Part shown: positions 33,098 to 42,618 of the stretch, piece after piece
Position numbering within the stretch: the stretch's first letter is position 1
Layout: each line of letters opens with the position of its first letter
Virus record (IMG/VR): IMGVR_UViG_3300048576_000552
Coordinates: 1 to 44,532 of that record
Reading direction: 5' to 3' (one strand)
Length of the DNA: 44,532 bases
Origin: a virus
Taxonomy: Duplodnaviria > Caudoviricetes
Made by a program: the position numbers and the translations under genes
The notes under the pieces: model-generated
What the model saw: the letters and a program-made list of their open reading frames with translations, nothing else
The model's database searches: none
What the model was told of the DNA's origin: nothing

Positions 33098-36000
33098 ATG
33101 AGCCAGATCCGCGAATCGAATTGCATGAGTGCCGTGGCCGGCGAACCGATGCCCAGGCGTGTGCGGGTGAAGCTCGTAAACGGCGTGGCCTATATCGCCG
33201 GAATTTCCGACAAGGATATTGGAACCACCGATAACCTAGTTCTCAAAGCCGGCGATCCCGTGACCATCCGCTGGCGAACCGCAGTCGGCACATGCAAGGC
33301 GATCGCGGCAAAGGCGATCGCGGCCGACGCGGAACTATTCACCGCGGCCGACGGCAAGGTCTCCGACGAGAACGCCGAAGGAAGCCTCGCGTGGGGAACG
33401 TCGCTCGAAGCCGCAACGGCCGATAACGACGCGATTGAAGCCCTCCGCAACAGTCACGAGGGTCTTTCTACCGAGCAATCCACGCAACTCAAGGCGGCAT
33501 CGTCTTCCGTGACCGATATCGCACGCCAAGCCCGCGTCCTGTCAGACCGCATCACAAAACTAAAACCCGAACTACCCGCCGATGTAGCGGGCATGTGGAA
33601 TTTTACTGGATTGGCTGCCGGCACAACGACAATCAAAAATCTGGCTCGCAACGGCAAGCGGCTGAATCTCAGTCCTAAAAACAGCGAACCCGTTAGCATC
33701 GCTAGCGATGTGGATTTCCCCGGCGATTCGATGCCAACATCGGGTATCATCGTTTCGACAACGCCATTTAATCCCATTACTGATCTCGGGCTCCGTGGCG
33801 GCGTGTGGTTTCCGGCTGGAACTGGTGGCATAAAAACAGCTACGCTTGAACCGACCAAAGGTGCTGGAGGCATGGCGATCAGCACGGCGTTTAATTTCAG
33901 CGTTTTTGTGAAATTCGACGATGCGTCTTACGTTCCGGCAGACGCGACCGACCTGTCGCTAGGTTCATGGCAATCCACATCGCCAACCGCAACGGTGACG
34001 AGGGTGCAAACGGCCTCTTCGACGGGAATGGGTAATTTCCCAAACATCTACCGCTACAGTACCGCATTCACCACCGGCACAGACGCATCGCTGTACAACT
34101 ATTTTCATATCAAAAATACAGCGACAAATACGAAACCTTTCACGGTCACAGGATTCCAAATTACGCTTGGTGCAACGCTTCAAGCCTACGAAAAAACTCC
34201 GTATCTTGATATGTCGCTGGTTGGTTCAAATCCGGCTCCGGTGTTCAGTTCCCGAGGAACTTTGTTAGGAGGCGGAAACACGGCCGGCGTGGCCGGAACT
34301 TCTTCATATGCAATTACCCCGGGGATTTCCGAACTGGATATGAATGGGGCGTGGACAGTCATCGCCGTCTGTCGAGTGGCAAGCAATATGACCACTGCGG
34401 GAAGCTTTATCGATTTGTCGGTTACTGACCGACTTGCCGCAACTCAGGCCATCTATATTCAGCACGGTGCGACACGTGCCCTCACGATTGGCCAAAACGG
34501 TGCTAGTTCTGCCCTGGTTTCGCAGGATACGTATATCAGCCATCCGCAAAATCCAGATTCGATGATGCTGGTCATGTCCAAGCCGGCAGTCGGTACCGGC
34601 GGACCGAGCATGAACGCAGTGGAATTAAATGAATTGACACACAGCGGCTTATCTGGAATCGGCGTAGGCTGTCTGGCGTTTGCAACACCATCATACACGA
34701 CCGACTCTCTCGAAGTCTCGATTGTGTTGTGGATCAACCGCACAATCACAGACGAAGAACGACTCCAGATCAACATGTGGTTGGAGAACTATCTCGTTCC
34801 CAAGGGTGTAGTTTTCAGTAAATCGAAACCTCCGGTAGTCCGTTCTTTGATCCCAAGCGGCAAAAACACACGCCCGGTTATGGGGTGGGATTCGTGGTTT
34901 CTCAATAATAATTTCGTAGTGGATGAGGCAACGGTATTGAGAAATTCCGTTGCAGTCAGTCAAATCCTAAAGCCCTATGGTTATGAGTATTGCATTCTCT
35001 CCGCTGGCTGGGAGCCGCATACCGGAACCTTGCGTGATGCGTCTGGCGTGATTCTGCCTGACGCGACAAAGTTCCCCAATGGCATCAAGCCGGTTTCCGA
35101 TTATGTGCGAGCGCAGGGCTTGCGGTTTGGCTTTTACACCTCTTCTGCCATCGGTGCTGACATTTATGGGTACACCGGCTCCGGCGATAAAGAGGACCAG
35201 GACGCGGCTAGTTTTGCGAATTGGAATGTTGAGTGGTTGCAGTTAGATATGACCTTTCGCAATACTCGCGAGCGCGAAGTGATGTGGGGCCATGAGTGGG
35301 TCTTGGAAGAGGCCCAAAAAATGATCTTGGCTCTGCGAAAACAAGGAGCTTCGACCCATCTAAATCTTGGCATTGGGTATGAGGGATTTGGGGATACGGC
35401 TTATGCCATTGGGTCCGATTCGATACGTTTTGGACCGGATAATCAATCGGGGCCAACCACGGCAACGACGCATCTTGTTAGCCTGTGGACGTGGTTTGAT
35501 ACGCATGATTCGGTTGCCCATGCCGCCCACTATCACCAGGGCTATTATGGCGATTGCGACTGCCTGCTGGTCGGAAGCGGACTGACTGATATTGAGGGTC
35601 AGTCGCAATTTTCAACATACGCCATCCTGATGGCTCCGATGATTTGCGCGTGTGAACTTGACCCCACAGCGGCGGCTTCTAATGTCAAGGCAGCGTATAA
35701 CGGAACGACGCGAACCTATGCGGCAACCATCGCCACGTTGACTAATGCCGACGTAATCGCCGTCAACCAAGACTCGCTCAGCCTTTGCGGCATTCGAGTT
35801 GCCAGCGATGGCACGAATCACACCGACGTTTGGGTGCGACCGCTCGCCAATGGCGATTGGGCGGTTTTATTCCTGAATCGAGACGACACGAACGCGCGAT
35901 CGATTGCGGTTGCGTGGGCCGATATAAGAACCGCCGTTACAACGGCACAAAGCACACTCACGTCCTATCCCGCATTTCCATCTTCGTTTTCATCAGGCAA

Positions 36001-36100
36001 AAATCTTTGGACCAAAGCGAGTACCGGAGCATTGGCAACAGGTTTCACGGCGGTCAATGTGCCGATTCATGGTTGCGTGATGTTGAGAGTTTCTTTATAA
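33098..36100 (+). CDS. DUF2190 cement domain + lectin-like middle + GH27 (alpha-galactosidase-like) glycosidase
   Basis: N-terminal ~117 aa align with 23920..24300. From 34871: PVMGWDSW, YGYEY, KFPNGIKPVSDYVRAQGLRFGFY, QDAASFANWNV, DCDCLLVG, VIAVNQD, VWVRPLANGDWAVLFLNR, VPIHGC. Confidence 0.88.
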   Translation: MSQIRESNCMSAVAGEPMPRRVRVKLVNGVAYIAGISDKDIGTTDNLVLKAGDPVTIRWRTAVGTCKAIAAKAIAADAELFTAADGKVSDENAEGSLAWGTSLEAATADNDAIEALRNSHEGLSTEQSTQLKAASSSVTDIARQARVLSDRITKLKPELPADVAGMWNFTGLAAGTTTIKNLARNGKRLNLSPKNSEPVSIASDVDFPGDSMPTSGIIVSTTPFNPITDLGLRGGVWFPAGTGGIKTATLEPTKGAGGMAISTAFNFSVFVKFDDASYVPADATDLSLGSWQSTSPTATVTRVQTASSTGMGNFPNIYRYSTAFTTGTDASLYNYFHIKNTATNTKPFTVTGFQITLGATLQAYEKTPYLDMSLVGSNPAPVFSSRGTLLGGGNTAGVAGTSSYAITPGISELDMNGAWTVIAVCRVASNMTTAGSFIDLSVTDRLAATQAIYIQHGATRALTIGQNGASSALVSQDTYISHPQNPDSMMLVMSKPAVGTGGPSMNAVELNELTHSGLSGIGVGCLAFATPSYTTDSLEVSIVLWINRTITDEERLQINMWLENYLVPKGVVFSKSKPPVVRSLIPSGKNTRPVMGWDSWFLNNNFVVDEATVLRNSVAVSQILKPYGYEYCILSAGWEPHTGTLRDASGVILPDATKFPNGIKPVSDYVRAQGLRFGFYTSSAIGADIYGYTGSGDKEDQDAASFANWNVEWLQLDMTFRNTREREVMWGHEWVLEEAQKMILALRKQGASTHLNLGIGYEGFGDTAYAIGSDSIRFGPDNQSGPTTATTHLVSLWTWFDTHDSVAHAAHYHQGYYGDCDCLLVGSGLTDIEGQSQFSTYAILMAPMICACELDPTAAASNVKAAYNGTTRTYAATIATLTNADVIAVNQDSLSLCGIRVASDGTNHTDVWVRPLANGDWAVLFLNRDDTNARSIAVAWADIRTAVTTAQSTLTSYPAFPSSFSSGKNLWTKASTGALATGFTAVNVPIHGCVMLRVSL

Positions 36101-36101
36101 C

Positions 36102-38354
36102 ATGCCCGACCGCATCGAAATCACTGCGCCGACAATCTATTGGGCCGAAGGCCACAAAGTATTTTTGCGCGAGCGGTGGGAAGATAAGTGGGAAGAGGTG
36201 CCGTGGCTGCTTTGCAATTGGCTCTCTTGGACCGCTGCCCCCACCATTTCCTCGGCCGAGTTGGAGCGTCGCTATGGGACCGGACTGCTCCCCGAAGAAA
36301 AGAGTTTTAATTACAAGGATTATCTCAATCGCGGTCTTTGGTTCGTGAAGGTCGAAGTAGAGCAAATCGACGAAAAAGGCGAGTTGACCGACCCGCTCGT
36401 CTGGATCGGCATCATCGAACAGGACGGGGATAATCCCGACGGCTCGCGCAACAGCAAGCCGATGGGTGTGCAGAAGTTTCTCGCTTATGGCCCGGAAGTC
36501 TTTTTGGAACGCACCGAGATCACCTCCACCTACGCTTGGTGGACGGAAGGGGAGAGCGTGGCACGCTATTACGAGGGCATCCCGTTCAACCAGTTCCAGA
36601 AAATCCAAGCGGCTGACAGGCTGGCAAAAAAGGAATTTAAACACCAGCCTGGCAATCGGAGCGATTTTCATAATGACGAGGGTGTTTATCCATTCGCCGA
36701 GCCGCTCGAGGGCGATTCTGATAAAAGCCTTCCGGCCTGGAAAATTCCCGAGATCATCCGCTATTTGCTGCACTTCCAATCGCCTAAAGACGCAAAGGGC
36801 GAGGCTCTTTTCAAAATCACGCTCGAATCGGATGATTATCTACCCGACGAAGTCTGCTATGAGATCCGTCAGCATGGTCGCACGGTGAAGGAAATCCTCG
36901 ACGAACTGATGGATCGTCGCCGGCTGCTTGGCTATGTTGTCGAACCTTCTGCGGACGATCCAAACGAATTCAAGGTCCGGCCGTTCAGCTTTTTAGACGA
37001 GACAATCGACCTCGACGAACTGACGATGCTTCCGAACGACGATCAGAAGGCGCTGATCGTGGATAACTCGGTCCTCGTGGATGGCATGCATGTGCAGGAA
37101 TCTTGGGTGCAGACCTATCACCGCGTCGTGGCCGTCGGTGCGCCGATTGTCTGTTGCGGCACTTTTTCCTATGACTCCAGCCTCAAAGCCTGCTGGACCA
37201 CTGCTGAAGCCGAAAAATACAAACAGGCCGCGATCGATTCGTCCGGCTATGGGGGGTTGGAGATCTCGCTCAAGATGCATCGCAACGCGGTTGCGAGGAG
37301 CCAAGAAAAATTCGAGCGGGTGTTCACGGCCTTCGGACTATCGCGAACTCTCTTTTGGTGGAGGTGCGGTGATAAGTTCACCGGCGGCGATGCGACCACC
37401 GTCCTCTTCGACAGAGATCTCTTTGGCGATGCGGAAAAATGCCTGGACACAGTGAATTTCACCAGCGATGACGTTTATCTTCCTTCTCTGCGGCTTTCCA
37501 AAGTGTTGCCGCTAAAGAGCGATCACGATTACAGCGGCGACAAGATCGAAAAGGACGAAGTGGCGGACAACACTCCCAAAGAAGCGACCTGGAAATATCT
37601 CTCTCCGCTGGTGATTCTCAACATGAAGGATCCGGACAAAAAGGGAGATTATTTTTGCGACATATCCACGGCCGGTGAGCTTGCCTGGTGTGAGTCGATG
37701 GGCCGTGGTGCCGGCGTGACCTTCACGGCCTCGATCCACCTTCCCGAAAATGCTTCCTACTTCCAACTCAAGATCAGCGGCGATGTGCAGCATATTTTTG
37801 CTGGTCCCGAATACACATCGCCGGCGGGGTTGGGCTATGAGGAAGAACAGCCGCTCTACGATTGGAAAAAAGACCTTCTTGCGACGCTGGCCATCGAGAC
37901 GAACTGCCGCGTTCAAGTGCAGTGGCCCGCCGAAGTTTCCGATGATGTCGATTTTCTCCGCACGCTCTGGATCGACCTTTCCGACTTCGCCGCGTTGCAC
38001 TACGTCGCGCCGAAAACAGTCGTAGCCGTCGAACACGATACGGGAAAGCTCGTCCGTACCACGACTGGCGGTGTAATACGCGACGATCGGCCTCTACTTA
38101 AACGACTGGCCCGCCTGGCGTATGAGTGGTATGGCCGTCGCCGGCAGTCGCTTTCGTTTTCCTACACGGGGGCAAAAAAGTATTTTCGCGTTGGCGATCT
38201 GATTACCGAACTGGGCGAAGGCGCGACCCGCGAGCCGATTCGCAGCGTGGTCACCGGGATTCGCATCGACTTCGGCCGCACTGAAACGAACACCCACCGC
38301 ACGACGATCCAAACGCAATGGGCGGAGTTGGATGTTTTGCGGCTACTCAAGTGA
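36102..38354 (+). CDS. Putative tail tip/hub protein
   Basis: 750 aa between tail genes and the fibre; C-terminal FRVGDLI...VVTGIRIDF...TTIQT typical of hub proteins. Confidence 0.55.
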   Translation: MPDRIEITAPTIYWAEGHKVFLRERWEDKWEEVPWLLCNWLSWTAAPTISSAELERRYGTGLLPEEKSFNYKDYLNRGLWFVKVEVEQIDEKGELTDPLVWIGIIEQDGDNPDGSRNSKPMGVQKFLAYGPEVFLERTEITSTYAWWTEGESVARYYEGIPFNQFQKIQAADRLAKKEFKHQPGNRSDFHNDEGVYPFAEPLEGDSDKSLPAWKIPEIIRYLLHFQSPKDAKGEALFKITLESDDYLPDEVCYEIRQHGRTVKEILDELMDRRRLLGYVVEPSADDPNEFKVRPFSFLDETIDLDELTMLPNDDQKALIVDNSVLVDGMHVQESWVQTYHRVVAVGAPIVCCGTFSYDSSLKACWTTAEAEKYKQAAIDSSGYGGLEISLKMHRNAVARSQEKFERVFTAFGLSRTLFWWRCGDKFTGGDATTVLFDRDLFGDAEKCLDTVNFTSDDVYLPSLRLSKVLPLKSDHDYSGDKIEKDEVADNTPKEATWKYLSPLVILNMKDPDKKGDYFCDISTAGELAWCESMGRGAGVTFTASIHLPENASYFQLKISGDVQHIFAGPEYTSPAGLGYEEEQPLYDWKKDLLATLAIETNCRVQVQWPAEVSDDVDFLRTLWIDLSDFAALHYVAPKTVVAVEHDTGKLVRTTTGGVIRDDRPLLKRLARLAYEWYGRRRQSLSFSYTGAKKYFRVGDLITELGEGATREPIRSVVTGIRIDFGRTETNTHRTTIQTQWAELDVLRLLK

Positions 38355-38368
38355 TTTTCTAAATAGAC

Positions 38369-41300
38369 ATGGCCAATCCATTTCGCGAAGAAAATCCGCC
38401 GCAGACGTCACGACCAGGTGCAGGGTTGATGTCGCGGCTGACACGTCTGGCGGTTACCGTCGAATCGCCGGCTACGTGGACCATTACTATCACGGGATCG
38501 CCCCAGGGTTCCTACATATTGCATTGGTCAGGACTAGATACAGCCGCGATTTCTTTCAATGCCGATGCCGTGGCCGTGGAAGAAGCTTTGCGGGCGATCG
38601 CCGGATTGGAAGCGGTGATGGTGCTGGAATCGGGCACAAGTCCCAACTACACGTTCACCATCTATCGAATGGGTGTGGCGGGAGAGTTGACGGCCACGCC
38701 GTCCTTCACGGGCGGCAATTCTCCGGCGATCGCCATCTCAACGAGCGAGGCCGCTTATCCAGTCGAGAGCGAAGATCCCAACACATATTGGATTGTATTC
38801 GTTGATGCCGCCTATCCCAAAAATCCAGGTCATCAGGTGCCCGACCTGAAACTTCGTCAGGACTCTCAGAAACCGAGATTTCTGGCGCAAAACACCGTTC
38901 TCGGCGCATATTGTCCGATCAACACGTTGCTGGAAGTTTCCCTCCACGGGAACGAGTGGTTTTTCACCTATGGCGGTGGCGGAGGTGGCGGTGGCGGAGT
39001 GGTCGAGCCTTACGTTGCTCCGGTCGATGCTTGCCAGCTTACGAATATTGGAGCCGTCGCTCCAAAGACCTGGAAAGTCAATATTCCGGCAGTTTGTTAT
39101 GGCGTCGTGGGGGGCGGCGATGGTGTCATTGCGTATGGAGACGTGTATCACGTTGACGGAACAGGAGCCGAGTTGAAGTACACGGTGATCAGCACTGTCA
39201 ATGAGAACAACGATAATATACAGTTCTATTTGACGGGCTCCGCCGATCTGCCGGCATCCGGATCGATGACGAAAGTTTCGGGCAGCGGACCAGCCACGGT
39301 GGTCTATTCGTCCGTTTCCAAAAAGACATCGAGCATTCCTCAGGAGATCTACGGCATCAAGGCGAAGTGGCAAAATCTCTCTATCCCCAATGGTGCCGAC
39401 CCACAGGTCGATCGCAATACGCTGCTTTGTGCCGCGCGGCCTTTCACGGCAGCCGATGTCGGCGATCAAATCGTCCTTTTCGAAGTGACCGGATTTTACC
39501 CCGGCACCTTTACGATTCAAAGCGTGGACGGAAATCATGTCGCCACGCTCAGCGGCAACGTCGGTCTGTCGGGCAGTACGGGCGGCGCGGGCAATCCGCC
39601 AGGCATGCCGGCGATCGATGACGTTTACAAAATCAATGCCCAAAGCCCGCAGGTGAATTACACCTGCACAAGCGGATTTGTCGCTGAAGAGCCCACCATC
39701 GCCTATTATCTGACAGGCGACGGCGATCCTCCGGCATCCGGGACGCTTGTGAAACTCTCCGGTTCTGGACCGAACACCGTCGATTATGCGGCCTACGAAT
39801 CGATCCTGATCAACGCCTCGGGCGAATTTGCCGTTACCCCGGGTGATCACTTCATCGACGACATCAATTATTACAGCAAGATCCATTATTGGACCTGGTA
39901 TTATCCGTTTCCCCGGACCTTCGCCTATAACGGCGTGGGGTACAAGTACCTGCTCTTGAATGTCGGCTACGAGCAACTGACCGACGGCGACGGCAACGAG
40001 ACCGACCGCATCAATTATTTCTACGAGGTATTGATTTCGACTTTCAAGGGGCAAACCGGCGATGATTATGTACAGGGGCCTCGGTGGCGAAATCCCTGGA
40101 AAAATCCGTTCGAAATCTATCATTCGTGGATTCACGAGACCCAATCGCCGTTGGTCTGCTACGACGCGCAGCACGAAACCTTGTTGACGGACAGGTATCC
40201 GCAGGCAAATCCCGAACAACAGTTGCCGAGCCCCACCTATCCGATGTCGCCGGCATTTCTTTATGGCAAGGTCACTCTGGGCGTCGGCGGCGGTCGCGGC
40301 GATCCCGGTGCGACAGGAGCCACCGGCGTCCCCGGTTCTCCTGGCGGTGCGACGGGAGCGACGGGAACTCCAGGAGCAACTGGAGCCACCGGCGTTGGAG
40401 CCACCGGTGCCACCGGCGTTGGAGCCACCGGTGCCACCGGAGCGAAAGGCGATCCCAACGGAGCGACGGGAGCCACGGGAACCAAGGGCGATCCAGGAGC
40501 TACCGGTTTACCAGGAGCCACCGGACAGCAAGGAGCAACGGGAGCGGGTGTGACAGGTGCCACCGGTATCACCGGCGCGACGGGAAGCCCAGGTGCGACC
40601 GGAGCAACCGGTGTGGGTTCAACCGGATCCACCGGACCGCAGGGCCAGCCAGGAAGTCCCGGCGGGGCGACGGGAGCAACGGGACCGCAAGGGGCGACCG
40701 GCGTTGGAGCCACCGGAGCCACAGGCCCAATCGGAGCCACGGGGGCGACGGGCAATGCTGGCACACGCGGATCGACAGGAGCCACGGGAGTCGGGACGAT
40801 CGGAGCGACAGGAGCCACCGGCTCGGTGGGAACGGCCGGACCGACCGGCGCAGTTGGATCCACGGGAGTGACGGGAGCGACAGGTGCCACGGGCATCGGT
40901 TCCCAAGGCGCAACGGGACATGTGGGAGCTACAGGACTCCCAGGAGCCACGGGCGCGACGGGCATGGGTGTTACGGGTGCAACGGGTTATCCCGGTGCAA
41001 CCGGCGCGACAGGTGCAGGCGCAACGGGAGCCACGGGGCCTGTTGGTGCAACAGGGACTCCAGGAGCAACAGGCGCAACCGGCGCGGGAGCGACGGGAGC
41101 CACCGGACCTCAGGGGCCTGGCGGCGGCGATCCTGGGATGGACGGAGCGACAGGAGCGACAGGCGCGACGGGTCGCACCGGGGCGACGGGTGTGGGTGAG
41201 CAAGGAGCGACGGGCGAACGTGGGCCTGGCGGCGGCGACCCTGGACCGATGGGAGCGACGGGAGCAACCGGCCCGGGCGGAAGTTCGAAATGGGAATACT

Positions 41301-42577
41301 ACCTGTCGTTCGATGCGGAGCGCGGTGTCGAACCGGTCGACCATAACAAAATGGTTCGCTTGCGGAATTTCGTCAACATGATTTCGCACGTGAATCATGA
41401 AGATATAACAGTCTACGCCGCTGACTACAGCCTTCCCACACCCCCGCGTATGCACAACGACGACGGCGAATTCACCTTCGCTCCATGGCAACCCGGACGG
41501 GAATACCAGGGTGGCGAATTCGTGAACGCGAGCGTCAACCCCGGAACGACACAGGGTTACATGTGCAACTACGGGCATACAAGTTCGAACAGTTTCAATT
41601 CGGACTACATGAACGACTACAAATGGTCGAAAGCCGACGCCTTGAACAAGCCCTACGGTTCGCACATGACAACGCAGGAAATGCCGACCTACGTAATGTG
41701 CATGAACAACAAATACTCCGGTCCGCCGAGTAATTCCTCCAAACTTACGGCGAACTTAATGTACTGGGAATCCCTCGAGAACGTTCGTAACGGTTTAACT
41801 TCGGGAACCGGCGACGGTGCTACGGGAGCTACCGGAGCAAGCGGTATCCCTGGGGCGACAGGTGTAACCGGCGTCGCTGGTGCTACGGGAATACCAGGCG
41901 CAACCGGGGCGACGGGAGCGGGCGTTACAGGCGCAACGGGAGCCGTGGGGGCAACCGGAATACCGGGAGCGACAGGTCCCACGGGTGCGGGCGTTACGGG
42001 GGCAACAGGTTATCCAGGTCCAACCGGCAGCCTCGGAGCGACGGGAGCGACCGGAGCAGGCGTTACCGGCGCGACGGGCATCGCTGGGCCAACGGGAGCG
42101 ACGGGAAGCAAAGGAGCCACGGGAGCCACGGGGATGGGAGCTACGGGAGCTACAGGGGTTCCCGGGGCCATGGGAGCTACCGGATTGCCCGGAATCAATG
42201 GTGCGTCGATCGTAGCGTCGGGCATATTTGATCTCCTCACAAACGCTCCGACAGCGTTTTATCTCCAAACGCTACAATGCTTTTTCGATTATCAATGGAT
42301 CTTACCGGAATCGCATTGGTATCGATGTACTTTCCAGCTTCGAATCTCGAACGGCGGAGGTTACCTTAGCGTTTGGGATTCAACGTCGGGTCAGTACATT
42401 TCAACAGCGAACGGAGGCATCAGCGGAACCCCGGGTACCGGACATCTTTCGTTCATTACAAAACGTGGAGATACGCCAATCTTCAATAACTACTCGAAGA
42501 ATTTCACGCCCCAACTAACGCTCGTCGGAAGTGGGTCGGTTTCAATAACAGGATTTTGGTGTATTGAACAATTTTAG
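38369..42577 (+). CDS. Tail fibre-like protein with collagen-like Gly-Ala-Thr repeats
   Basis: N-terminal [20 protein letters not shown]-type structural domain, Gly9 hinge, two GAT-rich blocks, globular insert and C-terminal domain. Confidence 0.8.
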   Translation: MANPFREENPPQTSRPGAGLMSRLTRLAVTVESPATWTITITGSPQGSYILHWSGLDTAAISFNADAVAVEEALRAIAGLEAVMVLESGTSPNYTFTIYRMGVAGELTATPSFTGGNSPAIAISTSEAAYPVESEDPNTYWIVFVDAAYPKNPGHQVPDLKLRQDSQKPRFLAQNTVLGAYCPINTLLEVSLHGNEWFFTYGGGGGGGGGVVEPYVAPVDACQLTNIGAVAPKTWKVNIPAVCYGVVGGGDGVIAYGDVYHVDGTGAELKYTVISTVNENNDNIQFYLTGSADLPASGSMTKVSGSGPATVVYSSVSKKTSSIPQEIYGIKAKWQNLSIPNGADPQVDRNTLLCAARPFTAADVGDQIVLFEVTGFYPGTFTIQSVDGNHVATLSGNVGLSGSTGGAGNPPGMPAIDDVYKINAQSPQVNYTCTSGFVAEEPTIAYYLTGDGDPPASGTLVKLSGSGPNTVDYAAYESILINASGEFAVTPGDHFIDDINYYSKIHYWTWYYPFPRTFAYNGVGYKYLLLNVGYEQLTDGDGNETDRINYFYEVLISTFKGQTGDDYVQGPRWRNPWKNPFEIYHSWIHETQSPLVCYDAQHETLLTDRYPQANPEQQLPSPTYPMSPAFLYGKVTLGVGGGRGDPGATGATGVPGSPGGATGATGTPGATGATGVGATGATGVGATGATGAKGDPNGATGATGTKGDPGATGLPGATGQQGATGAGVTGATGITGATGSPGATGATGVGSTGSTGPQGQPGSPGGATGATGPQGATGVGATGATGPIGATGATGNAGTRGSTGATGVGTIGATGATGSVGTAGPTGAVGSTGVTGATGATGIGSQGATGHVGATGLPGATGATGMGVTGATGYPGATGATGAGATGATGPVGATGTPGATGATGAGATGATGPQGPGGGDPGMDGATGATGATGRTGATGVGEQGATGERGPGGGDPGPMGATGATGPGGSSKWEYYLSFDAERGVEPVDHNKMVRLRNFVNMISHVNHEDITVYAADYSLPTPPRMHNDDGEFTFAPWQPGREYQGGEFVNASVNPGTTQGYMCNYGHTSSNSFNSDYMNDYKWSKADALNKPYGSHMTTQEMPTYVMCMNNKYSGPPSNSSKLTANLMYWESLENVRNGLTSGTGDGATGATGASGIPGATGVTGVAGATGIPGATGATGAGVTGATGAVGATGIPGATGPTGAGVTGATGYPGPTGSLGATGATGAGVTGATGIAGPTGATGSKGATGATGMGATGATGVPGAMGATGLPGINGASIVASGIFDLLTNAPTAFYLQTLQCFFDYQWILPESHWYRCTFQLRISNGGGYLSVWDSTSGQYISTANGGISGTPGTGHLSFITKRGDTPIFNNYSKNFTPQLTLVGSGSVSITGFWCIEQF
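40298..41280 (+). repeat. Collagen-like block 1
   Basis: Dense ggNgcNacN (GAT) repeats with GV/GA doublet interruptions. Confidence 0.9.
41816..42202 (+). repeat. Collagen-like block 2
   Basis: GAT/GPT/GVT/GIP triplets. Confidence 0.9.
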
Positions 42578-42618
42578 TTCAATGCGATTCAACCTCAACG
42601 ACACAGGAGATTTCCGAA

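Noticed and set aside
38738-41665. Long antisense and off-frame ORFs (493 aa, 371 aa, 348 aa, PVA-repeat ORFs) over the fibre gene
   Set aside because: Expected stop-poor frames of GC-rich and GAT-repeat coding sequence.
41281-41815. AAC-rich segment suggesting a diversity-generating retroelement template or variable repeat
   Set aside because: No reverse transcriptase and no second copy differing at adenines found in the window.
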